From: an uncultured SAR86 cluster bacterium
Lineage (GTDB): Bacteria; Pseudomonadota; Gammaproteobacteria; Magnimaribacterales; AG-339-G14
DNA: 64,000 bases
NCBI GenBank assembly: GCA_902542145.1
Contig: CACBTL010000001.1
Location: forward strand, 10,389-74,388
Reading direction: 5' to 3'
Part shown: one piece after another, positions 1-9,386 of the stretch
Position numbering within the stretch: the first letter of the stretch is position 1
How the letters are laid out: each line of letters starts with the position of its first letter
The notes under the pieces: model-generated
Database searches by the model: none
Told to the model about the DNA's origin: nothing
Seen by the model: only the letters and a program-made list of their open reading frames with translations
Translations under genes and position numbers: made by a program

Positions 1-1327
1 TAAAGACCAATCCAATTAAGATTGGAGCGACATACCTAGTTAGATTTATCCAAATTTTCCAATAAAGTTCATTTTTTATCTTCATCTCTCCTTTGACAAA
101 ATTCTCTGAAAGAATCCATCCAACTAGTAAAGCAATAAACAAGCCGCCTAATGGCAGCATTATTGAGTTGGTTAGAAAGTCCATAAAGTCTAAAAATGAC
201 ATCGAAAATATTTGAAAGTCTGCAATTAGATTAAATGAGAACAAACTTCCAAGTCCCAATATCCAAGCAATGGATCCAAGGATAGTAACAGCATAAGTCC
301 TGGAAATTTTAAATCTTTCTTCCATCCAGGCTGTACTGGGTTCAATTAAGGATACAGATGAACTCAAGGCAGCTAGCGAAACAAGAATAAAAAACATAGC
401 TGAAGCAAAAAAACTAAAAGGAATTCCATAAAAAGCCACAGGTAGAGTCTCAAAAAATAATGACGGACCAGCGGTTGGAGTAAGCTCTGGATTAGCAAAT
501 ACGATTGGAAAAATAATTACTCCAGCAATTATGGCAACAAAAGTATCTAGAAAAATTATCAAGCTGACAGTTTTGGTTAAGTTTTGTTCCTCAGGAATAT
601 ATGCACCATAAGCCATAATTGCCCCCATGCCTAAACTCAGAGTAAAAAAAGCCTGCCCCATGGCACTTATAATTACACTTGACGAGATCTTAGAAAAATC
701 TGGCATGAAAAGAAAACTGATAGCTTTACCAATTTCTCCCGTAAATGATGAATAAATTGAAAGCAGAATTATCAAAAAAAATAACGTTGGCATAATTATC
801 TTTATGGTGGCGCCAATTCCATCAACTACTCCCTTAGCCACTATGAAACAAGTTAAAATCAAAAAAAGACTGTGCCAAAAGATCATCCTCATTGGAGAGG
901 ACTGAAACTGAGCAAAAAAATCAACAGAATATTGAGAAGGATTCAGTGATTCAGCAGGAATTGGACTAAAAATATAAGCCAAAGAAATACCTGCAAAAAC
1001 GCTATAGTAAGATAAGATCATCAAACCTGCTAAGGCACCAAACCAACCTAGCAAAACCCAATATGAAGAAATTCCTTTGAGGGAAACAAATTTTTTCATT
1101 GTATAGACTGGGCTCGATCTTCCGTATTTTCCCAAGAAAATCTCAGACATCATCACTGGAAATCCAATTAATACAATGCAGGCTAAATAAATTATCACAA
1201 ATGCTCCTCCACCATTTTCACCCGCCATATAAGGAAATTTCCAAATATTTCCAAGACCTACTGCGGATCCTGCTGCAGCCAAGATAAAAGTCCAATTGCC
1301 TTTCCAGATTTTTGAATTATTTGCCAT
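1..1327 (-). CDS. Neurotransmitter:sodium symporter (NSS/SNF) family transporter; C-terminus runs off the left edge of the window
   Basis: Absent from the ORF track because no stop lies inside the window. Hand translation of the minus strand from ATG 1327..1325 gives MANNSKIWKGNWTFILAAAGSAVGLGNIWKFPYMAGENGGGAF... and stays open to position 1. GLGNIW(K/R)FPY is the NSS TM1 signature. The rest is hydrophobic and multi-TM. Confidence 0.85.
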   Translation of the reverse strand, partial: MANNSKIWKGNWTFILAAAGSAVGLGNIWKFPYMAGENGGGAFVIIYLACIVLIGFPVMMSEIFLGKYGRSSPVYTMKKFVSLKGISSYWVLLGWFGALAGLMILSYYSVFAGISLAYIFSPIPAESLNPSQYSVDFFAQFQSSPMRMIFWHSLFLILTCFIVAKGVVDGIGATIKIIMPTLFFLIILLSIYSSFTGEIGKAISFLFMPDFSKISSSVIISAMGQAFFTLSLGMGAIMAYGAYIPEEQNLTKTVSLIIFLDTFVAIIAGVIIFPIVFANPELTPTAGPSLFFETLPVAFYGIPFSFFASAMFFILVSLAALSSSVSLIEPSTAWMEERFKISRTYAVTILGSIAWILGLGSLFSFNLIADFQIFSMSFLDFMDFLTNSIMLPLGGLFIALLVGWILSENFVKGEMKIKNELYWKIWINLTRYVAPILIGLVF

Positions 1328-1375
1328 ACAAAGACGTTTCTAAAAGAATCATTACTTAATAGTTATACTACATCA

Positions 1376-1843
1376 ATGAACATCTCCAAAAAAAGTAACT
1401 TGCGACCAACAATTGAAAATCGACAAGCAAGATTTAATTATGAGCTTTTAGATGATTTTGAAGCAGGAATTTCTTTGGAAGGCTGGGAGGTAAAAAGCAT
1501 CAGAAATGGGCAGATAGAATTAAAAAATGCTTACGTTGTTCTAAAAAAAGGAGAAGCGTGGATTATTGGATTAAAGATTCTTCCCATGAAAGAGATCACT
1601 TACGAAGTTTCATCAGAGAGATCTAGAAAGCTATTACTTACCAAGGCAGAGTTATCTAAGCTTTTCAAGCAAACAAATGAAAAAGGATTGAGTTGTGTTC
1701 CCATAAAAATTTTTTGGAAAAATAATCTAGTTAAAGTAAAAATTTCTGTGGCTCGAGGAAAATCAAAATACGATAAGAGACACTCGTTGAAAAATAAGGA
1801 GTGGAGGAGGGAAAAATCTTCGTTAGAAAATTTTTCTAACTGA
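1376..1843 (+). CDS. smpB: SsrA-binding protein SmpB
   Basis: 155 aa containing ENRQARFNYELLDDFEAGISLEGWEVKSIR, typical of SmpB. The tmRNA gene follows immediately downstream. Confidence 0.95.
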   Translation: MNISKKSNLRPTIENRQARFNYELLDDFEAGISLEGWEVKSIRNGQIELKNAYVVLKKGEAWIIGLKILPMKEITYEVSSERSRKLLLTKAELSKLFKQTNEKGLSCVPIKIFWKNNLVKVKISVARGKSKYDKRHSLKNKEWRREKSSLENFSN

Positions 1844-1873
1844 TGATCATTAGATACAATTACTTGCTTTTTT

Positions 1874-2222
1874 GGGGGCGAACAGGATTAGACATCTTTC
1901 TTTCGAACCTTAAGTGCATGTCGAGATTGAGGAGTTCTCGTTAAATAGTTCTCAAAACAATTAGTTGGCAAAAACAACTACGCACTAGCTGCATAATTAA
2001 GCTAGCTTCCTTACCCTGACTTCTACTAAGGGATAAGCGAAGTCGACTAGTAGAATGCTTGAAATGTGTTGCTCAGACCCATTTTGATAAGACTTTTCTG
2101 AGCTTACTCTTCTAATCCCTTTTCATCGGGCCATGGAAGTAAAAGAAAATTGATGAAATAAGCATGTAGATCTGAAGGTAAGAGTTAGTTGGACGCGGGT
2201 TCGATACCCGCCGCCTCCACCA
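1874..2222 (+). ncRNA. ssrA: tmRNA (SsrA), one-piece, about 349 nt
   Basis: The 5' GGGGGCG pairs with 3' CGCCTCC, including a G3:U70 alanine identity pair. This is followed by discriminator A and an encoded CCA (2220..2222). T-arm is GCGGGTTCGATACCCGC. The internal tag frame ggc aaa aac aac tac gca cta gct gca taa (1967..1996) encodes ...GKNNYALAA-stop. Confidence 0.9.
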
Positions 2223-2242
2223 AAAATAGAAATTAAATTGAT

Positions 2243-4375
2243 CTATTTTAATGATAATCTATTTTCTATATTTCCTAAGATGAATGAAAAGATTTCTGAA
2301 TAAGAATCTAAGATTATCTCGGTTGGAGTGCCTGCACCATGTCCTGCTTCAGTTTCAATTCTAATGAGGATAGGACTATCTCCACTGTGCAATTCCTGTA
2401 ATGAAGCGGCAAACTTATATGAATGAGCTGGGACTACCCTATCGTCATGATCACCTGTTGTTATCAATGTGGCTGGATAAGAGACTTCGTCTTTAATATT
2501 GTGTAATGGTGAATAAGATAAAAGATAGTTAAACATCTCTTCACTTTCATCCGATGTACCATAATCATAAGCCCAGCCTGCACCGGCAGTAAATTTATGA
2601 TACCTGAGCATATCTAGTACACCTACCGCAGGGAGAGCAACTCTAGCAAGCTGAGGCTCTTGGGTCATAACAGCACCAACTAAAAGACCTCCGTTTGAAC
2701 CACCTCTCAAAATTAAGTTTTCTGATTTTGTATAGCCCTCTGAAAAAAGAAATCTTGCGGCATAGATAAAATCATCAAATACATTTTGCTTCTTCATTTT
2801 TGTCCCAGATAGATGCCATTTCTTCCCATATTCTCCGCCTCCCCTGATATTTGGAACCGCATAAACTCCGCCTTTTTCTAACCAATAAGCCATAATGCTG
2901 CTGAAATTTGGAGTGAGGGAAATATTAAAACCTCCATATCCATAAAGAATTGTTGGATTTTTACCATTTTTACTCAAACCTTTTTTATATGTGATGATCA
3001 TTGGAACTTTTGTTCCATCTTTGGAGGTATAAAAAACCTGCTCTGATATATATTTATCAGGATCAAAATTTATCTTTGGTTTGAAATAAATTTTTGATTT
3101 ACCGCTCTTAGGATTAATGCTGTAGATTGTGGGAGGTGTATGGTAGTTGGAGAAAGAATAGAAAAGTTCATCATCCTCTCTTTTCCCTGAGATTGGAGAA
3201 ACACTACCTATACCCGGTAGATCGACTTCTCTAATGAGCTTTCCAGAAAAATCATATTGAAAAGTCTTTGAAATTGCATTCTGCATTAACTCTACAAATA
3301 TATATCCTCCTGAAGAGCTTGGACTCATTACAGAATCCTGTTCTGGGATTAAATCCTTGGATTTATCTAAAGAAGGTTCTGTGGCTTGAACTGAAATAAT
3401 TTTTTGATTATCAGCATTATTGTTAGTTACTAAAAAAAGTTCGTCATCTAGACTATCCAATAAATAAACATCGATAGAAAGATCGTCATTTATAGTTTTA
3501 ATTTCTGGATTTTCATCTGAGTGATTTATTAAATAGAGTTCATTTCCAGATGTGGAATTTGCGGCAGATATAATTAAGTAATTTTGATCTTCTGTTACAG
3601 AGGATGAAACATATCTTCTTTTTTGTTCAGCTTTGTTTCCAAAGATAATTTGATCTTTTTCTTGAGTAGTTCCTAATTTATGAAAATAAAGCTTATGATT
3701 ATTATTCAAAGAACTTAGTTCACTTCCTTCAGGAGCATCGTAAGTTGAATAGTAGATGCCCTCATTGTTTTTCCAACTTAATGAAGAAAACTTAATGTTG
3801 ATTAGAGAATCTGATAACAATGATTTGGTGTCTGTATCTAAAAAAAATACTTTCCTCCAATCACTTCCACCTTCAGAAATTGCATAAGCAGCAACACTTC
3901 CATCTTTACTAAAACTAATATCAGATAAAGAGATAGTTCCATCTTCACTGAACGAGTTAGGATCTAAAAAGACTTCCTCAACCCCTTGAGAGTCTTTTCG
4001 GTAGAGCACTGATTGATTTTGTAAGCCGGTATTCTTGAAAAAATAAATGTAATTTCCTTCTTTGAAGGGCGAAGAAAATTTCTCATAGTCCCAAATTTTT
4101 TTTAATCCATCTTTTATTTGCTGTTTGGATCCTAAACTTTCGAAGTATTTATCAGTAAAGAGATTTTGATCCTCTATCCACCTCTTTGTCTCTTTATCGA
4201 GATCATCCTCAAGCCATCTATATGGATCTTGAATTTCTTTTGAAAAATATAAATCAGAAATATTAACTTTTTTAGTCATGGGATAAATTGATTTCAAATT
4301 ATTATTATCAACCATGCTTAACTGCTCGCACGATAACAAACTAATGGAAATAAGGATTATGGCTAGTTTTCGCAT
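2243..4375 (-). CDS. Prolyl oligopeptidase (peptidase S9A), probable lipoprotein
   Basis: 710 aa with N-terminal signal and lipobox (ISLLSC). Long propeller-like N-half, then a C-terminal hydrolase domain with the GGSNGGLL nucleophile motif and a DHDDRV / GHG region typical of S9A. Confidence 0.88.
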   Translation of the reverse strand: MRKLAIILISISLLSCEQLSMVDNNNLKSIYPMTKKVNISDLYFSKEIQDPYRWLEDDLDKETKRWIEDQNLFTDKYFESLGSKQQIKDGLKKIWDYEKFSSPFKEGNYIYFFKNTGLQNQSVLYRKDSQGVEEVFLDPNSFSEDGTISLSDISFSKDGSVAAYAISEGGSDWRKVFFLDTDTKSLLSDSLINIKFSSLSWKNNEGIYYSTYDAPEGSELSSLNNNHKLYFHKLGTTQEKDQIIFGNKAEQKRRYVSSSVTEDQNYLIISAANSTSGNELYLINHSDENPEIKTINDDLSIDVYLLDSLDDELFLVTNNNADNQKIISVQATEPSLDKSKDLIPEQDSVMSPSSSGGYIFVELMQNAISKTFQYDFSGKLIREVDLPGIGSVSPISGKREDDELFYSFSNYHTPPTIYSINPKSGKSKIYFKPKINFDPDKYISEQVFYTSKDGTKVPMIITYKKGLSKNGKNPTILYGYGGFNISLTPNFSSIMAYWLEKGGVYAVPNIRGGGEYGKKWHLSGTKMKKQNVFDDFIYAARFLFSEGYTKSENLILRGGSNGGLLVGAVMTQEPQLARVALPAVGVLDMLRYHKFTAGAGWAYDYGTSDESEEMFNYLLSYSPLHNIKDEVSYPATLITTGDHDDRVVPAHSYKFAASLQELHSGDSPILIRIETEAGHGAGTPTEIILDSYSEIFSFILGNIENRLSLK

Positions 4376-4402
4376 GAATGAATAATCTTGTTAAGTATTA
4401 TA

Positions 4403-4431
4403 TTGACAAATTAGTTTGTTATCTTCATCAT
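4403..4431 (+). promoter_or_regulatory. Putative sigma70 promoter of rpsT (TTGACA-17-CATCAT)
   Basis: Perfect -35 TTGACA (4403..4408), 17-nt spacer, weak -10 CATCAT (4426..4431). The GC-rich TCCGCACCT follows, then ATG at 4441. Sequence inspection only. Confidence 0.35.
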
Positions 4432-4440
4432 TCCGCACCT

Positions 4441-4710
4441 ATGGCAAACATTAAATCAGCAATTAAAAGAGCTAGGCAAGCTAATAAAAGAAATGCCCTT
4501 AAAAGCTCTCAACGTGCTTCTGCGAGGACAAGTATTAAGGCTTTTGAAAAAGCACTTGATGATAAGGACATCGAAGCTGCCGGTAATGAGTTTAAGAAAA
4601 CTCAAAAACTAATGGACAAACTTGCCAATAAAAAAGTTCTTCCCAAAAATCACGTTGCAAGAACTAAATCAAGACTCAACAAAAAATTAAAAGCTCTTAA
4701 GTCAGCTTAA
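4441..4710 (+). CDS. rpsT: 30S ribosomal protein S20
   Basis: MANIKSAIKRARQANKRN... is a canonical S20 N-terminus. The ORF-track start at 4378 adds 21 non-homologous residues, so I use ATG 4441. Confidence 0.93.
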   Translation: MANIKSAIKRARQANKRNALKSSQRASARTSIKAFEKALDDKDIEAAGNEFKKTQKLMDKLANKKVLPKNHVARTKSRLNKKLKALKSA

Positions 4711-5472
4711 TTTCAATCTAGTTCTCTTTTTTTGGTTCTGCAATGAGCCAAATAGATCTTTTTCATGACCGCTTAGGATATAGCCAATCCTTTGATTATT
4801 AATTAAGAAAATTTTCATAGCTGACAATTTAGTTTTCATACCTCCCCTTCCTAACTTACCAGAGTCTCCAAAAATAATTTTTTGATTTGAAAGAGCTTTA
4901 AGGTAGACCTCGTCAATAAGAACTGCGTCCTTATTTATTCTTGGATCTTTTGAATATAAACCCTTTTGATCTGTATAAAGTATAAGTTTTTTAGAACTAA
5001 TAAGATTCGCAAGTTTTGCACTTAATTGATCATTATCTCCTCTCTCAATTTCTTCTGTTGATACAGAATCATTTTCATTGACTATTGGCGTTATACCCCA
5101 TCTCAGGAGATTATTGATGCTTGATTTAATATTGTTCGATTTTGTTTCAGATTTAAAATCACTGTGACTGAGTAGAACTTGAGCAACCTCTATTTTAAAT
5201 TTATCAAAATTTTTCTGGTAAGCATTAATAAGCCCTATTTGGCCAACAGCTGATAATGATTGAAGTTGTTTGATATTCTTTGGTTTTTTTTCTATGCCTC
5301 TTTTCTTCATTCCATAGGAAATTGCGCCAGATGAAACTAAAACTACATCAAAATCATTTTCTCTGAATTTCTGAATGCTCTTAGCAAGTCTTTTAAAAAA
5401 AGCTGAATTTTCTCGACTTCCTTGTGAAATTAAGGAGGACCCTACTTTCATTACTACTATTGAATTACTCAT
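4702..5472 (-). CDS. proB: Glutamate 5-kinase (amino-acid kinase domain only, no PUA domain)
   Basis: 256 aa starting MSNSIVVMKVGSSLI. Has the AAK-fold motifs (VLVSSGAI, NENDSV, GDNDQLSA). Lies downstream of obg, as in the Pseudomonas-type rplU-rpmA-obg-proB cluster. Confidence 0.88.
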   Translation of the reverse strand: MSNSIVVMKVGSSLISQGSRENSAFFKRLAKSIQKFRENDFDVVLVSSGAISYGMKKRGIEKKPKNIKQLQSLSAVGQIGLINAYQKNFDKFKIEVAQVLLSHSDFKSETKSNNIKSSINNLLRWGITPIVNENDSVSTEEIERGDNDQLSAKLANLISSKKLILYTDQKGLYSKDPRINKDAVLIDEVYLKALSNQKIIFGDSGKLGRGGMKTKLSAMKIFLINNQRIGYILSGHEKDLFGSLQNQKKRTRLKLS

Positions 5473-6475
5473 TACTGTTAATCTCTATGATTTTTGTGCT
5501 GACCTTTTTGACTAGTTCGCTTAATCCTTCCCCAGTTATAGAAGATATTAAAAAAACCTCATTGCTGTAAATCTTTTTTGCCTTAGATAAATAATCATCC
5601 TTCGATTCTGTTTTTGTGTCTGCTTTAGTTAGCACAATCCATTGCTCTAGTTTGGATAAAGATTCGTCAAATTCTTTAAGCTCTTTATCTAAGGAATTCT
5701 TTTTTTCCTCTACATCTTCAGGTTTGATTTCCGATACATCAATTAGATGAAGCAATAACTTTACTCGAGATAAATGTTTTAAAAATCTTATCCCAAGCCC
5801 TGCTCCCTTGGCAGCTCCCGGAATTAATCCTGGAATATCTGCAATTACATATGGATTGAGAGATTTAGCCTCAACCACTCCAAGATTAGGAGTTAGAGTA
5901 GTAAACGGATAGTCGGCTATTTTGGGTTTTGCCTCAGATATACTCGAAATTAGGGTAGATTTTCCTGCATTTGGAAATCCTAAGAGACCAACATCAGCTA
6001 TTAATCTTAGTTCTAACTGAAGCGATAGCTCTTCTCCCTTTTCTCCATCTGTAGTTTTTCTGGGAGCTCTATTAGTAGATGACTTGAACCTTGCATTCCC
6101 TAATCCACCCTTTCCTCCAGAAACAACTTCAAAAAGATCGCCATCTTTTTTTAAGTCTGCTATCTCTTCTTCAGTTGATTCCTCAAAAACAACAGTACCA
6201 ACGGGAACTTTTAAAATTATGTCACTGGCATCCTTGCCATGTTTATTTTTACCCTCGCCAGGAGAACCATTTTTAGCTTGGTATTTTTTTTGTAATCTAA
6301 AATCTTGCAGCGTTGTTAAAGAGCTATCAGCTTTAAGAAAAATGCTTCCGCCTTTTCCTCCGTCACCACCATCGGGACCACCCTTAGGAATAAATTTTTC
6401 TCTCCTAAAGCTCAAACATCCGTTTCCACCAGAGCCAGCTATTAATTGAATAGCAGCTTCGTCAATGAAGCTCAT
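5465..6475 (-). CDS. obg: GTPase Obg/CgtA
   Basis: MSFIDEAAIQLIAGSGGNGCLSFRREKF... is the glycine-rich Obg fold. G1 is GFPNAGKST and G3 is DIPGLI. Confidence 0.95.
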   Translation of the reverse strand: MSFIDEAAIQLIAGSGGNGCLSFRREKFIPKGGPDGGDGGKGGSIFLKADSSLTTLQDFRLQKKYQAKNGSPGEGKNKHGKDASDIILKVPVGTVVFEESTEEEIADLKKDGDLFEVVSGGKGGLGNARFKSSTNRAPRKTTDGEKGEELSLQLELRLIADVGLLGFPNAGKSTLISSISEAKPKIADYPFTTLTPNLGVVEAKSLNPYVIADIPGLIPGAAKGAGLGIRFLKHLSRVKLLLHLIDVSEIKPEDVEEKKNSLDKELKEFDESLSKLEQWIVLTKADTKTESKDDYLSKAKKIYSNEVFLISSITGEGLSELVKKVSTKIIEINSNE

Positions 6476-6478
6476 TAT

Positions 6479-6739
6479 TTAATCTGCGGGAGTAATATTT
6501 ATGAATTGTCTAAGATTTCTACCTTTTTTGCTGAAAGATACAGTGCCGTCAATTTTTGCAAAAAGTGTATGATCTTTTCCAATTCCAACATTTGTGCCAG
6601 GATGAAACTTTGTGCCCCTTTGCCTGACTAGAATAGAGCCAGCAGATACCAGTTGGCCGCCGTACCTTTTAACACCCAGTCTTTTAGATTCAGAATCTCT
6701 TCCGTTTCTACTGCTACCACCTGCTTTTTTATGTGCCAT
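6479..6739 (-). CDS. rpmA: 50S ribosomal protein L27
   Basis: [24 protein letters not shown] is the L27 signature. Confidence 0.97.
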   Translation of the reverse strand: MAHKKAGGSSRNGRDSESKRLGVKRYGGQLVSAGSILVRQRGTKFHPGTNVGIGKDHTLFAKIDGTVSFSKKGRNLRQFINITPAD

Positions 6740-6741
6740 AC

Positions 6742-7053
6742 TTAAACCGAAATTTGCTCTATTTGAATTTCACTATAATTTTGACGATGACCTTGCTTTT
6801 TCCTGTAGTCCTTCCTTCTTTTCATCTTAATAATAGTTACTTTATCCTCTTTTCCGTGTCGAAGGATTTTTGCAGTTACCTTCGCCCCTTCAATAAAAGG
6901 AGAGCCAAGAGTAACTTCGCCATCTTTCTCAATTAATAGCACATCAGTAATATCAACAGGTTCTCCTTCAGAAGCTTTAAGTTTTTCAACTTTAAGGATT
7001 TCGCCTTCAGCAACTTTATGTTGTTTACCACCTGTTTTAATTACCGCGTACAT
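6742..7053 (-). CDS. rplU: 50S ribosomal protein L21
   Basis: [14 protein letters not shown]... is the L21 N-terminus. It precedes rpmA. Confidence 0.96.
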   Translation of the reverse strand: MYAVIKTGGKQHKVAEGEILKVEKLKASEGEPVDITDVLLIEKDGEVTLGSPFIEGAKVTAKILRHGKEDKVTIIKMKRRKDYRKKQGHRQNYSEIQIEQISV

Positions 7054-7076
7054 TTTTATATCAAAATTGAGGTCGA

Positions 7077-7105
7077 ATGATATCTAAATAAGTTCTTTGT
7101 CGCAA
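7077..7105 (-). promoter_or_regulatory. Putative sigma70 promoter of rplU-rpmA-obg-proB (TTGCGA-17-TATCAT)
   Basis: Minus strand reads TTGCGA (7105..7100), a 17-nt spacer, then TATCAT (7082..7077). TCGACCTC follows, and the ATG is 23 nt downstream. Confidence 0.4.
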
Positions 7106-7149
7106 TAGATTCAATAAATCAACTATGATAATTTGTACTTGAGAGATTG

Positions 7150-7671
7150 ATGAAATTTACAGAAAAGAATTCTTTCACCAAAGAAGAACTTCAACTTTGC
7201 TCGAACGGAAAGCTATTTCATGAAAATGATGGAAAGCTTCCAAGTAGCAATATGCTGATGTTAGATAGAATTACTTCAATATCAGGAGATCAGGGTAATT
7301 ACTCAAATGGACTAATAGAGGCAGAACTTGATATCAATGAGAATCTTTGGTTTTTTGATTGTCATTTCAAAGATGATCCAGTTATGCCCGGATGCTTAGG
7401 TTTGGACGCAATGTGGCAAATTTTAGGGTTTTATTTACTTTGGTCTGGGAATCATGGAATAGGAAGAGCTCTTGGTGCTGGGCAGGTAAAATTTTATGGT
7501 CAAGTGCTTCCTCATGCTAAAACGGTTAAATATGAGATTCATGTAAAAAGAATGCTCTCAACAAAAACTGTTCTTGGAGTTGCAGATGGATTAATGTACG
7601 TTGATGGGAAGGAAATTTATTCAGCGAAGAACTTAAAAGTTGGGCTTTTTGAGAACCCTGGTAATTTTTGA
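7150..7671 (+). CDS. fabA: 3-hydroxydecanoyl-ACP dehydratase/isomerase
   Basis: 173 aa with [23 protein letters not shown] (FabA active-site His/Asp region). ATG at 7150; the track starts one codon earlier at TTG. Confidence 0.93.
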   Translation: MKFTEKNSFTKEELQLCSNGKLFHENDGKLPSSNMLMLDRITSISGDQGNYSNGLIEAELDINENLWFFDCHFKDDPVMPGCLGLDAMWQILGFYLLWSGNHGIGRALGAGQVKFYGQVLPHAKTVKYEIHVKRMLSTKTVLGVADGLMYVDGKEIYSAKNLKVGLFENPGNF

Positions 7672-8897
7672 TGAGTACTTTAAAAAGAGCAGTAATAACA
7701 GGAATTGGTGCCATATCTTGCATAGGTAACAATATTTCCGAAATAACGAAATCTCTTAAATTGGGTACATCAGGGATATGTTTCAATGAATCATACAAAG
7801 AACTGGGTATGCGAAGTCATATTTCTGGCTCCATTAATTTAAATCTAAAAGATCTCATTGATAGAAAACATTTGAGATTTATGGGAGAAGCAGCAAGCTA
7901 TGCCTATTTAAGTGCTGCAGAGGCTATAAAAGACTCAGGCTTGGATCTATCAAGGTTTTCTTCACAAGACGTTGGGGTAATTGCAGGTTCCGGTGGAGCA
8001 TCTTCTAGAAGCCAGGTTGAAGCAGCAGATATAGTTAAGAGCAAAGGAGTTAAAAGGATAGGACCTTATAGAGTTACTCAAACAATGGGAAACACCGTTT
8101 CAGCAGCTCTTGCAACTTTTTTTGGCATCAAAGGGGTGAATTTCTCTATTTCCTCTGCATGCTCAACAAGCGCACATTGTATTGGATCAGCTCTGGAACA
8201 AATTCAATTGGGAAAACAAAAAATAATATTAGCTGGTGGCGCTGAAGATGAGCATTGGACAATGTCTAGTATGTTTGATGCCATGGGAGCGCTGTCTTCT
8301 TCATATAATGAGAGTCCTGAGAAAGCATCAAGGCCTTTTGATAAAGACAGAGATGGTTTTGTTATAGCAGGAGGAGCGGGCATGCTCGTCGTTGAAGAAT
8401 TAGATCATGCTCTAGAAAGAAACGCTGATATTTATGCTGAAATTACTGGATATGGAGCAACTTCTGATGGAGATGATATGGTCTATCCATCCGGAGAAGG
8501 AGCAACTAATTGCATGCTAAAGGCTGTTGAAATGCATGGAAAAGATAATATTGATTATATTAATGCTCACGGAACTTCAACACCTGCTGGAGATCCTGTA
8601 GAGTTAGAATCTATAAAAAAGGTTTTCAAGGATAAAATTCCTCCCATAAGCTCAACAAAATCTCAAACTGGACATACCCTTGGTGCCGCTGGGGCTTTAG
8701 AAAGTATTTTTTCACTGTTAATGCTAAAAAACAGTTTTATATCAAAAACCCTTAATCTTTCTAGCTCGATTGATGAAGGTGAAGGTTTAGACTTAGTTTC
8801 AGAAGTCAGAAATCAGGATTTGGATGCTGTAATGAATAATAGCTTTGGATTTGGGGGAACTAACGTTAGTTTAGTTTTTGAAAAGTTAAAATCCTAA
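7671..8897 (+). CDS. fabB: 3-oxoacyl-ACP synthase I
   Basis: About 408 aa thiolase-fold KAS with the [10 protein letters not shown] Cys motif and the HGTSTP and GHTLGAAG His motifs. Directly coupled to fabA (TGA/ATG share 1 nt). Confidence 0.88.
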   Translation: MSTLKRAVITGIGAISCIGNNISEITKSLKLGTSGICFNESYKELGMRSHISGSINLNLKDLIDRKHLRFMGEAASYAYLSAAEAIKDSGLDLSRFSSQDVGVIAGSGGASSRSQVEAADIVKSKGVKRIGPYRVTQTMGNTVSAALATFFGIKGVNFSISSACSTSAHCIGSALEQIQLGKQKIILAGGAEDEHWTMSSMFDAMGALSSSYNESPEKASRPFDKDRDGFVIAGGAGMLVVEELDHALERNADIYAEITGYGATSDGDDMVYPSGEGATNCMLKAVEMHGKDNIDYINAHGTSTPAGDPVELESIKKVFKDKIPPISSTKSQTGHTLGAAGALESIFSLLMLKNSFISKTLNLSSSIDEGEGLDLVSEVRNQDLDAVMNNSFGFGGTNVSLVFEKLKS

Positions 8898-9325
8898 AAA
8901 GGAATTTCATCGTCTATGAGCCCCTCCTCAGGTTGAGGACTAGAGCTATTCATCTGAGGGCTCTGATCCATATTATCTTCAGATCTTCGTCCTCCTAACA
9001 TTTGCATTTCTCTCCCAATAATCTCTGTTGTATATCTCTTATTTCCTTGATCGTCTTCCCAATCCCTTGTTCTTAATGATCCCTCAATATAAACAGAAGA
9101 ACCTTTTTTTAAATACTCCCCACAAACTTCTGCAATTCTTCTAAAAAAAACAACTCTATGCCACTCAGTTTTTTCCTTTTTTTCTCCGGTTTGATTATCA
9201 TTCCAGCTTTCAGATGTGGCGATACTCAAATTTGCAACTGCATCACCTCCCGCCGTATACCTCATGTCAGGATCTTTCCCGAGATTACCAACTAATATAA
9301 CCTTATTTATTCCGCTTCGAGCCAT
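8894..9325 (-). CDS. ssb: Single-stranded DNA-binding protein
   Basis: [19 protein letters not shown]... OB fold and the C-terminal acidic tip DDEIPF. ATG at 9325 is preferred over the track start at 9364. Confidence 0.94.
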   Translation of the reverse strand: MARSGINKVILVGNLGKDPDMRYTAGGDAVANLSIATSESWNDNQTGEKKEKTEWHRVVFFRRIAEVCGEYLKKGSSVYIEGSLRTRDWEDDQGNKRYTTEIIGREMQMLGGRRSEDNMDQSPQMNSSSPQPEEGLIDDEIPF

Positions 9326-9386
9326 AATGCACCTTATTTTTAATGTAAATTCATTATAATCCATCTGAAAAACTATTTATAAATAA

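Noticed and set aside
1099-1287. 62-aa plus-strand ORF, the only track ORF in the first 1.3 kb
   Set aside because: It is antisense to the much longer, motif-bearing NSS transporter frame that runs from 1327 to the window edge.
2223-2249. Inverted repeat AAAATAGA...TCTATTTT after ssrA, considered as a bidirectional terminator
   Set aside because: The stem is 8 bp of almost pure A/T with an 11-nt loop. It overlaps the oligopeptidase stop codon and is not convincingly stable.
6084-6449. 121-aa and 61-aa plus-strand ORFs (Pro/Ser-rich) inside obg
   Set aside because: They are antisense to the glycine-rich Obg fold (GGN codons read as NCC = Pro/Ser). There is no start context and no homology signal, so this is a mirror-frame artefact.
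9326-9386. Looked for a LexA/SOS box (CTGT-N8-ACAG) in the divergent ssb-uvrA control region
   Set aside because: No CTGT...ACAG palindrome is present. There is only a TATAAT hexamer (9355..9360) with a poor -35, which is too weak to call in AT-rich DNA.
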